DNA from: Camelus ferus
Lineage: Eukaryota
DNA length: 64,000 nucleotides
NCBI RefSeq assembly: GCF_009834535.1
Contig: NC_045696.1
Span: 35,466,001 to 35,530,000 of the forward strand
Direction of reading: 5' to 3'
Shown here one piece after another: positions 12,681 through 25,919 of this stretch (position 1 is its first letter; the number at the start of each line of letters is the position of its first letter). The position numbers and the translations under genes were made by a program. A model generated the notes under the pieces. It did not search any database. It saw nothing but the letters and a program-made list of their open reading frames with translations, and was not told where the DNA came from.

Positions 12681-13196
12681 GCTAATAGTTTTCTTTTCAC
12701 GATATTTTGCATGGCACCGTAATGTGAAAATTTGCAAGTTCTTGCTGCCAAAGAGATGTCTGGAGAATTTGGTTATTGGATTTGAGAAAAAAAGCTTGAT
12801 CATAGTTATTTAAAAAGGGAAGAACTTCATAGTCATTAATATAACACTTTCCTCTTTCTCCAGTGTAGGATGGGGTAAGACTATAATGCAAAAATATTTT
12901 AACAGGATATCTCTGGCCTTTATTTTTCTGGGCATGTGGAACTGAGTCACGCCTCTAATTACCTCGGCTTCTATTTGCATTGCCCCTGCTGTTGCTGAGG
13001 ACATGATTGATAGGAGATGATGGCAAGTGTGGAACCAGGGCTCACAGAACACTCGCTATGTGCCCAGTGTGTATGCTTACACAATATGCTTCATTATTAG
13101 CCTGACAGATCTCCAAGTGGCAGATTGGGAATGAATTATGGAGATGACTGACATATCTGCTACACATAATGGATTTTTTCAAAGCTCATAAACACT

Positions 13197-13410
13197 GATA
13201 TATAATATATATAAAACATTTTCACCCATATGTAAACATATATGCCTGTATGCATGTGGATATACATGTATGGAGACATATATAGCATGCATATATGTCA
13301 TATGCATACAGGTATGCATGTACAGATATATATGCATGTTACATGTTCATATACATTAGCACTATAAACTTAACTTATATACATATTTGTTATAATATAT
13401 GTAAGTGTAC
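13197..13410. repeat. Degenerate alternating purine-pyrimidine (TA/CA/TG) simple repeat
   Basis: catatgtaaacatatatgcctgtatgcatgtggatatacatgtatgg...gcatgcatatatgtcatatgcatacaggtatgcatgtacagatatatatgcatg. Confidence 0.85.
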
Positions 13411-16400
13411 TTAAACATCTTTATTTCTAAAAAAAATAAGACAGGTGAAGTATGGAATAAAAAAATCAAAATGAACTTCAGTTAGTGTTGGACTTATACA
13501 TACATTCTTATATTTCTTTGTATTGCTGTTAGAATGAGGAAGCATACAAAATAAGTTAAAAAATACATAATTTCCAAAATTTTTAAGAGAAGCACATACT
13601 AATAAATCTTTACACTTTTTTAGGTAAATAAATGTGGTCTAAAAGGAACATCCTTCCTGAATTACTAATCAGGTTGTTTTATATAAGAAACTAATTTCTC
13701 TTTGAAAATGTTATTGGTGTTATACATTACAAAGTTTTGTGTTGCTATTAGAACTTAAGCTTTACAAACTATAAAGCCTTCTATAAAGCAACTATTTCAT
13801 TAATACAGTAAAACTCTTTTAAAATACCGATGTTCAAGAACAGATGTAATTCCCAGGGGCTTTTACTGTTTCTAGTTTTTGCATTTTAGTGACAAGATAG
13901 ACACTGCTTTATATCCAGATCTGTGTAATGATGATGGGTGGGACGACGGTGTTCTGTTAGTGCTTCAGTGCCAAGCTACTGGGAAAAGAAACCCGAAAGT
14001 AAAAGACTATATCCTTCATAAAGTTGATGGTTGCTCTTATTAGTGATGAAAAGGAAATGAGAAAATGCATTGGCTTGCTTTTTATTAAGCACAGTAGGTA
14101 AAGCAGATGAACGTTTGAAAGCTCATTGAGCTGCCATAAAGAAATTTAAACATTGTTCATATTGGCCAGGAGCCAAGCTCATGCTGTAAACTCCAGACAA
14201 GGGTCAGCTTTGCAGCAGAATTGTCAGCTCTCTTTGAGGAAGATGGTTTCTGTACATTCTTAGTCCAGGAATAAACCTTAGATTTACCCAGCGGGGTTGG
14301 TGGGATTACATTTATTTTACACAACTTGATATACATCTTAATTCATCACAGAAGATCCAGTGAGATTCTTTAGCGTAAGATGATGTCACTTGATTTTATA
14401 TATTTAACTCTTGCTTTTATCACTTTGTTATATTATCTGATATCTGTAAGTTTGCTTTCTGTATGTCTTGACCTAGAATATTTTTTTGAGAGTCAGAATT
14501 AGAAGAGTACCATAACATATAGCACTAAAATACTGACAGTAAATATGATACTACTTAGTAAAGTAAACTTCGTTGTTGTTATAGTTTATAACCTTTCTAA
14601 GATTAGCAGCTGTGCTTTCTTGCTCCTTTATAAAACCTTTTCAGAGCTTAGTTCAAAATCTGTATACAATAGATGCATCTTTTGTGGGAATATTGATGGC
14701 TTTTTTACTTACTAAGATTTTTGCTTCTTTATTAACATAGGCACTGTATCAATATTTAACAGGAAAAAATGAAACAGTAGGAGAATGTGGGTGACTCCCT
14801 TGAATGTAGGCACACACGGTGGACGTGGGAGCGCACACACTTAAACATCTCTTATATCCTTTCTTCTTGTTATTGTAGAGACAGCATCTTTCTTTCCTAT
14901 ACAAATCATGTTCTGTAAAAAATAGTCAAAATTAAGCTGTATAAAATAGAGACATAATATAAATATTTGACTGATTAACCTTACTGGTTGACTAGAAAAA
15001 TAAAATACTCAGACCTTTATGGGAAGTTAAGTAGGAATAATTAGCAATAAAATCATAAATTCTATGTATTAGTTAACATATAGTTTGCCTCACATCAGTT
15101 CATCTTTAAATATTATTTAACATCCTTTAAAAAAAAAATCACTGCAAAGAGGAAATAACAGGAATGTAATTACCTTCATTTCTAAAGAAGAAAGAAGGGT
15201 AGAAATAGCCCTTAGTTTTTTTTAAAGATACAAACACCCTTATAAAGCCCATACATTCTAAATACTCTTTTAAATGTTAAAAAATAATAGACAGTGAAAA
15301 CTGTTGCTTCATTTCTTATACACAATACAAAGACTTCTTTGATTTCTGAGATTATTTTCCTAAATTCAAAGCAAAATACAAAATTAAAAAAAAAATATCA
15401 ATGGATTTCTTTTTAAAAATACACCTAGAGGCTGAAAAGAAATTTGGAAATTTTCAAGTTACCTACACCTGAAATTAAACATAATTGGAATATCTCTCTT
15501 AAAATGTAAAGATTTGAAGGGTAGTAACTTAATAATTGCATTTTATTTGTTACTGTTCATTGCTGGTCAGTTAAGGGGCATGATTATGTACTGCTTCTTA
15601 GATGATTACAATGATAAGAAAAAATATTCTGTAATCTGGTAGATTCTATGTCTGAAAAAGTCAGTGAAGATATTCTGGGAATCCTCTGAGGATATTCTAT
15701 ACTTCTGCAGAAAGCTTTTGGCATGTTCAAAACATTTTTCTAAAACTACACTGGCTTTGCAAGTAGACTAGATGGAAACTTTACATTTTCTGTAAGATTT
15801 CATACATTCAATCACTCATATATTCCTATAGTGTTTTTAGATTAACAGTTGTGTTTGTAACATTAGGCCATAATAGCCTAATGTATTTTCCAAGAAAGAT
15901 ACATTTTTCCCAAATAATTTTGTAAGAAATATCTTTTCTAATTATTCAGCTGGGAATCCAGGTTAGCACATATCTCTTCTAGGTGTGCCTTAAGTTCCTA
16001 TAGTGAAGTTCTTTATTCTTGCAGTGACACTGAGACTCCAGTCAGAACCTACCCTACTTGACACACATGTTTATAACATGCTGATTCATTTGGTTTCAGA
16101 GCTGCTAGAAGATGAAAGTCTAAAAGTTAACAAAGGGGAAAAGAGTTACATATAATGAGTACCTTGGCAGCAAGGAAACAGGACAAAAGCCAGACGGGAT
16201 ATGATAACACATGTATTGAAGTTACCTTGGTCCAGGGCCACTGTGGGGCCACAGCCTTCTACGCCTGAGTAAGTCCTGAGTGCATCCCAGAACTTTATGC
16301 AAAAAGCATAATGCAAGTAGATATATTTACAGTTGTACCCTTGAGGTATCAATAAATGTTTAAATTTTATTATCTCCACTCTGGAAAAGAATTAAGCAGT

Positions 16401-16459
16401 TAAATAGTTTATAAAGTTTCCTTTGCAGAAAGCGATGATTAGAAGCATCATTGCCTTAA

Positions 16460-16700
16460 TCGGTATAAATGGGATAAATCAGCGGATCTGGATTTGATCT
16501 TTGTTCTACCTTTTATTCACTGTGTGACTGTGGGCAAAGTACTTAACCTCTCTGGGTCCTCATATGTAAATTGGAGATAACAATAGCATCTCCTTTGTAG
16601 TGTTGTTGGGAGGATGAAATAAGAAAATGAAATGTTCATAAAGTGTTCGATACAGCTCCTGGAATATAATGAGTACTTAGTAAGTATTAGCTTTTATCAT
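16460..16700 (+). mobile_element. MIR SINE
   Basis: ctgtgtgactgtgggcaaagtacttaacctctctgggtcctcatatgtaaattggagataacaatagcatctcc...gtaagtattagcttttat. Confidence 0.9.
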
Positions 16701-19010
16701 AACCAAAATAAAGCCTTAGGAGGAAACATCAGCTATCTAGAAAGATTTTTTTTTCTTTTGGAAGTTCCAGAATCCAGGAAGCTAAAGTTTTGCTATACAT
16801 CAAAAAAAGGACAAAAACCAACTAAATGAATTCTAACGAAACAGTACACAGTTTGTCTTATACGGTATTTCTGTACTCTAATTGCGGGATCTTCAATTCT
16901 TATTTATTTAGAACTTAGACTGATCCATGATTGGATAGTTTTTCAGACTCAAATAACTTTACTTGGTTCTGTAATTGGTTTTGATGGTCTGTCTAACATG
17001 GTTCAGGGTTGTTTCTTTTAAAACAAGGCATGTCATACCATTCTGACTTCTTTATAAATTCTGAATTACTTTGCTGTGACAGTATTTTTTTCTTTATCTT
17101 GTAGAAAATCAGTTCTTATTCAGGGCCAAATAATTAGGTACTTTGCAAATGTCATGAAGTTTGAAGCTCAAGCATGATTACTGAGGCTTAATCCCACTTA
17201 AATCCTGCAGATGCATCCACTGAACAAGACTGTGAGTATAAGAGGCAGGTGCAGGAATGAGCTTGACAATGTGTATATGCATAGGCAGGAAAGCAGAGGC
17301 CAGATTATAAGGCAGAGAGGGAGAATGAAAGACAGTCCATACACTTACCTGGGTCAAAAATGGTCAAAAGAGAGAAATCAGTGAAAACTTGATACTCAGG
17401 AGTCCTTCCATTTTATATGTAAATGTTCAGTTAAACATAGAAGGTACCCATCATGAATGGTACATGCTTTTTTAATGTAGTGCTTTAAAAATATTATTTC
17501 TTAGTGTTTTCATTTCTAACTTTTTTTTCAAATAGAGAGACAGAAATTCTCACACTAGGATTCTAATTGTAGCTACTAAGTGCTAAATAATTTTTTAAGT
17601 AAATTGTTTCCAATTGCCTTTGAGAAATAAGTAATAGCTTTTCTCTTCTGGGAAGTCTTGTTTGGATATGGAGGAGATAAACCCAAGAGATCACTTCCAA
17701 ATCTCTGATTCCTCATTTATCAATCATAATTTATTTCCTGTGTGTTTCTTGAGTAAATATTAAATTGAAGTAAGGAATTTACACATCACTAAAGATCGAC
17801 TATTTAAGTCAGTATTCAGTATATCAAGGAAATATCTTATAAATCATGACATAAATTTAAACTGTGAAACTTGGAGCAAAATTCCTCAGGTGCCCTGTAC
17901 CCTTTCAGGAACAACTTGTGGGTCCTATTTGTGTGTATTCAGGTATGAGTGGTGACTGATTCCTAGCTTTACCTGTGATTTCAGAAGGCTGAGTATTATT
18001 CTTCTACTCATTGAAACACTTCAGGGAAATTTACTATAATAATTCAGAGTACAAATATCCCAGAACATGATGACTATTATTTGGGGCAGTTTATTTGTAA
18101 TGTCTCATGTCCAAGAATGACTAACTCTTATATTAGGTTGTTTAAACTGGAAAGGTCAAGTGACTTAAGCTTCCAAAAATTCATTTCGCCAATTTCACAT
18201 TTGCTTTCAGCACTGTGGTTCTTTTCACCAAAGTGCATACGTGTTGGGGCTACAAGTACAGTGAATTTATAAGGTTAATTATAGTGTATTGTGAACAACA
18301 CAGTCATTTTGTTGGTAGTTCTATATTATGTTTGGCATGTGTGATAACGTTGCAAAGTAGATTTGCTGTAACATTGACTTCAGTATCCTTAGTTGGAAAT
18401 GACTGCTTTGTTGGACACATGGTCCCCAGATAAAATGCCTACTTTGATTCGCTTCTCAATTAAAACAAAGTTTCTGTTGAAAAAAAATTTCACCCATTGG
18501 CTAATATTCATGGACAGGGTATGTGTAACTGGCAATGTGTAGTTAAGTGGTGTACAAATTCCAGAAATAAAAAGAGAATATTGAAGATGAAAACTTGACT
18601 GGGATGTCGTATTACTTGGAAAAGAATTGTAGAAAATGCAAATGGGAGAGCCTGCCAGTACAGTTATAGTGGGTTAATTTCCTGGTGCTCCCATAAGGCC
18701 TAATAAATACAGTATATTCACAAGCTCATTGTTCTATGCTTAGTGCCCTTGTCATTCAACACATTTGGGAATCAATGTTGAAAAGCATAATGAGAATGCT
18801 ATGTTCAATTAAATAAAAATATTACATATAATACAATTAGATTATCATATGGCATAAATTTGGCTTTAGAGATTATGAATTTTATAGAGATTACAAATTT
18901 CATATGTACATAGTGGTTGAGTATTAAATTTAAGGCATTATGGAAAGCACTGTGTAGGATGCAACACCTGAGGAGCCCATGAACAAACCTAAAGAAGTAT
19001 AAAGTACTTC

Positions 19011-20245
19011 CAGCAGTTTTCAAACTGAGGTACATGTAGCTTGGAGAATCACAGAGCATGTCCAAGGGGGTACATTGACATTTACACTTTAAGGAAATTA
19101 ATTTTCATATCCTCAACTTTTGTATCCACTGATGTTGACTTGTGTGAGAATTCCAGTGTGTTTAAGTTCAAACTAATTCTCTCTCCCAATTCCCTTTCAC
19201 AATTGCTCTTCTTTTTTTTTTTTTTAAGCAAAATATTTCTCTCATTCTTTTGAAACCTTATTAAGGTGCATTTTTCCTTGGATATAAGTGTTAAACAAAA
19301 GGGAATTAAAAATTTGGTGTGGAGAATGTAAATGACTGTGTATCAAATTCAATTTCAAGTCAAGTGGTTTTTGTTCTCTGTTTTCATTCAAATTGAAGAA
19401 AGATCCAATAAATTGTCAGTTGATGAAGCAGCAAAAATCATTTTAGTGATAAATTACTATGGTATTTAACATATAACTCAAGTTCAAAGAATTAGCCCTG
19501 TTGCTGTAAAAAACTATTTCCATTTCTATCCACTTTTTATGTAAACAAGATTTCCCAATGCCTTCATCTAAAACAACAAAAGATAGAAATGAATTGATTC
19601 TGAGTGCATAGCGATAAGTAATATCTATCCTGATTAGGAAAAAAAATCTAGTTCATCTAAGTAAGACATGAATTTCTAACAAATTTTAGTTGCAATTAAA
19701 ATTGTCTTTAATCTATATCCATGTAGTTTTGATCAGTTCTTTGCTTAAAATTTAACAAGAAAATTCAGAAAAACAATTTGCAGCCTTAGAGCATTATAAT
19801 TAAAAGAAATAAATTATTCATTTCAGTATTTTATTGTAGCAATATATGATACATTGATTAATGTAAGATTTTCAAGCATAAAAATCTTACAACCTTCACA
19901 TAATGTTTTATGAGGGAGTTCGTATGAAAGTATGAACTCAGGAAGAACAAGAACTAACATAAAATTTTTGACCACTAGAGAAGAACATGATCATTTATTT
20001 TTACTTGATAGTGGGTATCAAATCACTTTGGTATTTAGATTCCATTGGGTGCATTTAAAAGACTGGTGTAGCAGCTTTATTTTAAAATATCAATATTTAC
20101 AATATGCTGGAAATTACATCATTTCCAGTTATTTACACTCATGAGGAAACATTTTAAATGTTAACTTAAAATATATGAGTCAGTATATAGGTTTTAAAAG
20201 ATTATTTTAGGGTGCATGTGAGTAATAAAAGTTAGAAATTCATAG
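19011..20245 (+). mobile_element. hAT-Charlie DNA transposon remnant (Charlie7-like; subfamily tentative)
   Basis: Start cagcagttttcaaactgaggtac, end aaaagttagaaattcatag. A decayed hAT C-terminal dimerisation motif (LFPFLSTF/LCKQDF...KTTKDRNEL, frameshifted) lies near 19500-19600. Confidence 0.75.
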
Positions 20246-20846
20246 ATCTAGGGCAACCACTTTTACTACCAATGGGAAGATGAAGAGTCCGAGCAATTAA
20301 CTATATTAGCAGGGTCACCCCAGCTGGTTAGTAGTAATACCCAACTAGAAGGATCTCTGGAGAAAAGAAGGGCTTCATGAAGGGTGTAACATTGAGGCTA
20401 AAATAATACTGAATGAAAATGGCCTCTCAAGGCAGTGGAAAGTTTTAAAGATAGGAAAAGTTTTCGCCAGTAATAGCAGCTTTCATTCCTGAACCATAGA
20501 ACATTTTAGTCTGCCTGAATGGCACAGTTTTGTTGGAATGTATTTGTAGTATAAGGGTGCAAAGTTATGTTGGGGTTGAATGGCTTAGGTCAAAGATCTT
20601 AAACTTTCTTCAACTAACATGTGAGGAGTTAGCTGTTGAAGGTCTTGTAGTAGAATGAAGGAGAAAGTAGTATGAATCTAACATGGAACTTATAGGTAAG
20701 CACTGCCTTAGAAGGTTTTGATCATCCCAGGGGAGGTTATTTGACCCTATTTTAGTGAAATGAATTACATGACCTTTCATTTGGCTTTACCTACCTTTAA
20801 GTGTTACAGTAAAACTAGATCCCACTGATACAGTTCCACTCCCCCA

Positions 20847-20876
20847 ACACAGACACACCACATGGACACACCACAT

Positions 20877-20910
<34 letters not shown>

Positions 20911-20917
20911 AACACAC
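20847..20917. repeat. (CA)n microsatellite
   Basis: cacacacacacacacacacacacaaacacaaacacac. Confidence 0.95.
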
Positions 20918-21531
20918 CTGCATCTCTAAATCTGCTCCCACAAGGGCACAAGTATGGTGGCCCATGTCACTGGGTTTCTCCATGGAAACATATGTATAAT
21001 TCTGTAATATTCTTTATACCATATGTTTATTCTAAATAAAAACAATTTATTAAGTGCAAAAAAATCTTATTTGTTACACACTTCCCCCCATATTTCTAAT
21101 AATTGAATTTACCTAAAAGAAGGGACATACTACTTCCTCCTTTTATTAGTAAGCTTGCTTTAGAATGAATATGGTAAGTTTATTGACACAATTTTTCCCT
21201 AAAGAATATCTGTTTTAGTGCCATTTTTTGGGAACAAAAATGCACCTGCTGTTTCTTTCAATATGTGACATTAGTAAATTATTTATTATTCAAAATGCTA
21301 ATAATCTCTGTCATACCAAACTCTTAACTATTCACATTCGGAGCATTTTATTATATTGTCAAATATTTCCTAAGTATGTATGTACCTAAGAGAGCACAAC
21401 CTAGATTTAATATTTTCTGTTAAACACGTAACTCAGAAAGAAAGCAGTTCATTTGGCATCCACTTTTCACCTTCCTTTCCCTTCCTCCCTCACTTCTAGC
21501 TGTCTTTTTTGTGTGTTTTTGGAAATGTAGA

Positions 21532-21695
21532 AAGTGCGTCTCAAACGTTAATTTGCACATAGATTACTTGAAGAGCTTGTTAAAAATGCAGATTCTGAGT
21601 CTGGAGGTCTTGGGTGGGGTCTGAGGTTCTGCACTGCTAATAAACTATCGGATTGCTAGGATGCTGCTGCTCTATGGACCATGTAGGATTATAAG
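21532..21695. mobile_element. MER5-family hAT-Charlie element
   Basis: tctcaaacgttaatttgcacatagattacttgaagagcttgttaaaaatgcagattctgag...ggtggggtctgaggttctgcac...gatgctgctgctctatggacca. Confidence 0.85.
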
Positions 21696-22714
21696 ACTTT
21701 AGAGACTGAAATAACACATTACCTTTCCTTATAAAACAATTTTCTTAAAAAAGTTTAACTCAAATGTAAAAATTAAAAAAGGAAAGCCAAAATTTGGTGG
21801 CTGGTCAAGGAATGCCCATTTCTGGCCAAGTTGGTAGGTATGAGAAAACTTTTCTACTGGAGGTCAGATGTGGAAACAGCAGTGGTGTGACAGTTGTGCC
21901 TGATTAGATGGGTCAAAATGGTGGGCCAAGCTAGACTGAAAGGCCTGAAATTCAAATTTGTGTTAGAAACAGGTTTTTGAGGCCTTAAATAATTTTAGGG
22001 GGAAGAATGGCATGTTTAATACGGATAGGTTTAATGTTAAAAAATACAAATAACCCTCTTTTGGAGGTATGTTTAAATTTTAGGTTAATGGGAAAATTTA
22101 AGTACTAGTGGGGAAAGAAAACATTTTAATAATGTAGTAAAGGTGCAGAAACCATTCCTCATTTTTATGCCAGATTAAATAATGGAAGACAATTAATATT
22201 ACAATGTGTTACACAAAATGGTCTCTTAAAACTTGAGAATATTCAAGTAGCCAAGAGGAAATTGAAGTGCTCTGTAATTAATTCTAAACACAGACTCAAA
22301 ACGAATGTGATTTTAAAAAATCTTCTACTTCCAAGCTAGAAGAGACTTAACTATTTGTCTATCATTCATTCGGGTCATTTTTTTTAGTATCAAATGCAGA
22401 TGAATGGTGGACGGAATGAACTTTCAACTTTACAGAATCATAGCTGTCAGTTTTCTTTTATCTCTGTACCTGAATTCAATATGTATAAGGAAAGTTGCCT
22501 TTTCAGGAGGTAGGAAAATGGACACTATTTTATACCCAAGAATGGTCAAGTTCAGATTTTCATAAAATATAGTAATTTATCCCAGTATGAAAGATCACAG
22601 CTATTCCATCCTACGTATTTACCTTACATAAATACAATGACACCTGAGTTATAAGAAAAAAAGATTAAGATTTAAGAGCAGAATAAATTTTGTCCTGGAT
22701 ATTTGTCAAGTAGT

Positions 22715-23150
22715 TGTTGATTTGAAAAAAAGCACAGTGTGAGAGCTGTGACACAGTTTCAGTTTTATTTGAGGACTTAGGAAGGACTATAGCCCAGAGA
22801 CGGCCTCTTAGATAGCTCTGGGGAGCTGCTCCGTGATTTTTGATGAAGGGGTACATTCAATTAAGCGTACATCTCATCTTGCTAAGAAGGTTCCTGCTAG
22901 TCACAAGGAATAGATATCTCAGTTAGTGATTTTACTGCTTTTCTAAGTATGGGACGATGCAAGAACCCGAGTTCATAAAAAAATCTCTCCTCAAATTTTT
23001 CTAACTAGCTGAGAACCTGTTTTTCCTGTTTGCTCAGGGCACAGAGCGCCTCATTCCTGAACTTCTCCCTGTGCTGTGTCTCAGGGACTGCCCTGGCCAA
23101 TCAGTCAGTCCTTGTACAGCCTGGTGGTGGGCCATACTGTTTGGTTTACA
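22715..23150 (-). mobile_element. ERV1-type solo LTR, probably lineage-restricted
   Basis: 436 bp with TG...CA termini (tgttga...tttaca), 4-bp near-TSD TAGT/TATT, AATAAA on the minus strand near 22765, and GC content above the flanks. Confidence 0.75.
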
Positions 23151-25559
23151 TATTGTTCATATCTGTCATATCTGAAGATGAACTCTTTAGAGAACAGAAA
23201 ATGATAAAATTATAAAATGGAAGCTCTTATTGATTGGTAGTGGGGTTTTTTTTTAGTGTAATAGATGCAGTCATGATGCTATCAGCTTAACTCAGTGCTC
23301 CCCCTAAGACCTACATTGTCCTTCCCCACTTTTCTGTCTTTGATATTGAGCTTGTACGTGTAAATGAGGATATCTGCTCTTTTTGCTCTGTTGTTGAGGC
23401 ATGAACAGCAGGCTTTGCCTTTGGTACTGAGTCTATTCATAAGATCAAAGCTTTTAAAAATGTTTTCATTGTTATTGTTGTTGACATGACTTTTTGCTTT
23501 TACTTCCCCTGCTGGGCCAGACCCTAAGAACTTTGCACTGGCTGTTATTTTTTCTCATGTGCTGAATTGCAGTTGGTTTGAAGACTGCAAGTGGAGAGTA
23601 AAACTTATACTGGTTCCTCAATTAGGGTTGGCTACAGTCTTGTACTGTTTCAAACTAAAGACTAGAGTGTCATGCTACCTCTCTTAGAGGGAAACAGTGG
23701 AAGGCATAACTAAGATAAATGAAGGCGTTTTGGAGTTTGTCAGTTAGAAAAGGCAAAAAGTTAACTAAAGGGAATTTTTCTCTCATTGACTTTCAATTAC
23801 GTTTTCCAACATGCAAAGATATTAAGACTGCTTGAGGCTGCTTAGGGTGAGACTAATTCATTTATTTTTAGATCCTTAAGTTCATTTTGTCACTAATATT
23901 TAAAGGAAATGCATGTGTCACTGAAGCAGTATATCAGATGTCTTCTTTTCAATCTGAAGTCATATGTAATCACACAGATATCTCACAAAACAGAAAAATA
24001 AAGTAGTGATGACTCGACTGCTTTTGAAATGCATATTTATTTGAAATCATAGCTGGAATGTGAGCCACCCATTCTCTGCTCCAGAGAGATTCTCTGTTGG
24101 AGAGAACCGTGAAAGGAACAGCCCTGTCCGCCTGTGCTCAGGAGGTGCCTGTGGAATCAGTGGGCCATGGAGTTAACTGTATCTGTAGCCTAACTTGGAC
24201 CTGAATATAATGAATGGTTGAAGTTAAAACAGACAAGCATGGAAAAAAAATTTTGATAATTTGTGCCAGGATTTCAATGTCCTATTAATTTTTAAAAACT
24301 TACTAGTGAAATCATTTTCATTTTTATTCATATATTATTTTGGGGAAACTCCCTGGTATAGGACATTTTTGAAGTTCTCTGTAATGATGATTTACCATTT
24401 CTAAAACATAATCAGTTGGTGGAGGAACTTAAGTTTCACTTTATTTCCTTTTTAGTGAGATGTATCTACTTTTTTCCTAGCTCATGTGGTTATCACTTGG
24501 TCTTTCCAGGAGACCAGGCCTATATGAGACTTATAAGCTAAACATACTACTGTTGCCATAATTAAAGTGACAGGTTTTTTTTTTTAAATTATTATTATTT
24601 TATCTTTTGTATAAGCAGAAAAAATATGACATTTGGGGGCTTGCAATTGAGGTGGGATTAAATTGGAAAGTAGAACAATGGAAAGAATCTTCTTATAAGA
24701 TGGCACAAATTTGAATGGCAGAGCTCCATAGTTATAACCTTAAGAGTTTTATTTCTCGGATAAACCAAAGGCAAAGTATACAGGGTAGGAATGTAACAAA
24801 TTATGCCATAGAAGTGAAAAAAATGCCACTTTGAATTGATATGAAGTGAAAGATCAATTTAAAAACAATTTCATAGAGTAATAATGATGCTATGTAAACA
24901 GGAATAAAAAATAGAATAAAAATAATATTAATGAAGTTATTCTATAAAATCTTAATATTAACAGAAAAGAGAATTTGATTTATACTGGAGCTGACATAAA
25001 ATCTTGGTGTTATTAATTTTCCATGGAGTAGCTGTTTTCATGTATTTTAATCAATAAAGTCTTGTAAAGCTCTACAAAACCATATATAAAAAATTAATTA
25101 TTTAAACTACACAGTAATGTTCCACAATCCAATCTTTGTGAATGGATTTCATTTATATTTCATTGTTTATTTTCCTTCAACTTTATAGCTAAGTAATGTA
25201 ATTTTGGTTAATTATGATTTGACACAAATGGACCAATAAAACTTGCCACTTTCTTCCTTGGTAATGGGGCTATTAATTACTTCTAAAGGTGAGTTTCAGT
25301 AGTATACTTGAATTAGAAAATAATGAGGCTTTTTGTCATTCTGTAGTGTTTGGATGGGCTTTGGCTGGGTTATTTCAAGATGAATGTTCTCCTGGTACTA
25401 CTCACTGATAGCTTTGTAGAATAGAAAAACGTTTATGACAAGTCTTTTTTTGAATAAAATTTTTACATTCAAAGGGACCAAAAAAAATGACGTTTAGTGG
25501 CAAAATGAAGACTTAAGCCTAAATTCAAATTTATTTTACTTAAACAGTTTTACCCCTAC

Positions 25560-25915
25560 ATGAATACTTTAGTTTCTTAATTACTGTAGCTTCATAACAA
25601 GTTCTGATATCTGATATCTGATCTCTCCTTCCTGCCTTTAATTATTACTGACAATTCTTGCCCTTTATTCTTTCATACACATTTAAGAATCATGTTATTA
25701 AATACTATGAAAATTCCTGTGAGGTTTTTACTGGAATTTCTAAAACTTCAGATAAATTTAGGAAAAAATGTGGGATAAAATGATATATTTTCAATATACT
25801 TTTCTCATCCATGAAAATGGTATATCTATACATTTATTAACACTTCTTGAATATATATTCATGAAGTTTATCATTTTTCTTTTTGAAGCCTTGATAAATT
25901 CTTAACAGTAAATTT
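25560..25915 (-). mobile_element. Ancient L1M ORF2 fragment, inverted
   Basis: ttaattactgtagcttcataacaagttctga...gtttttactggaatttc...catccatgaaaatggtatatctatacattta is the reverse complement of L1 ORF2. Confidence 0.7.
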
Positions 25916-25919
25916 TCAT

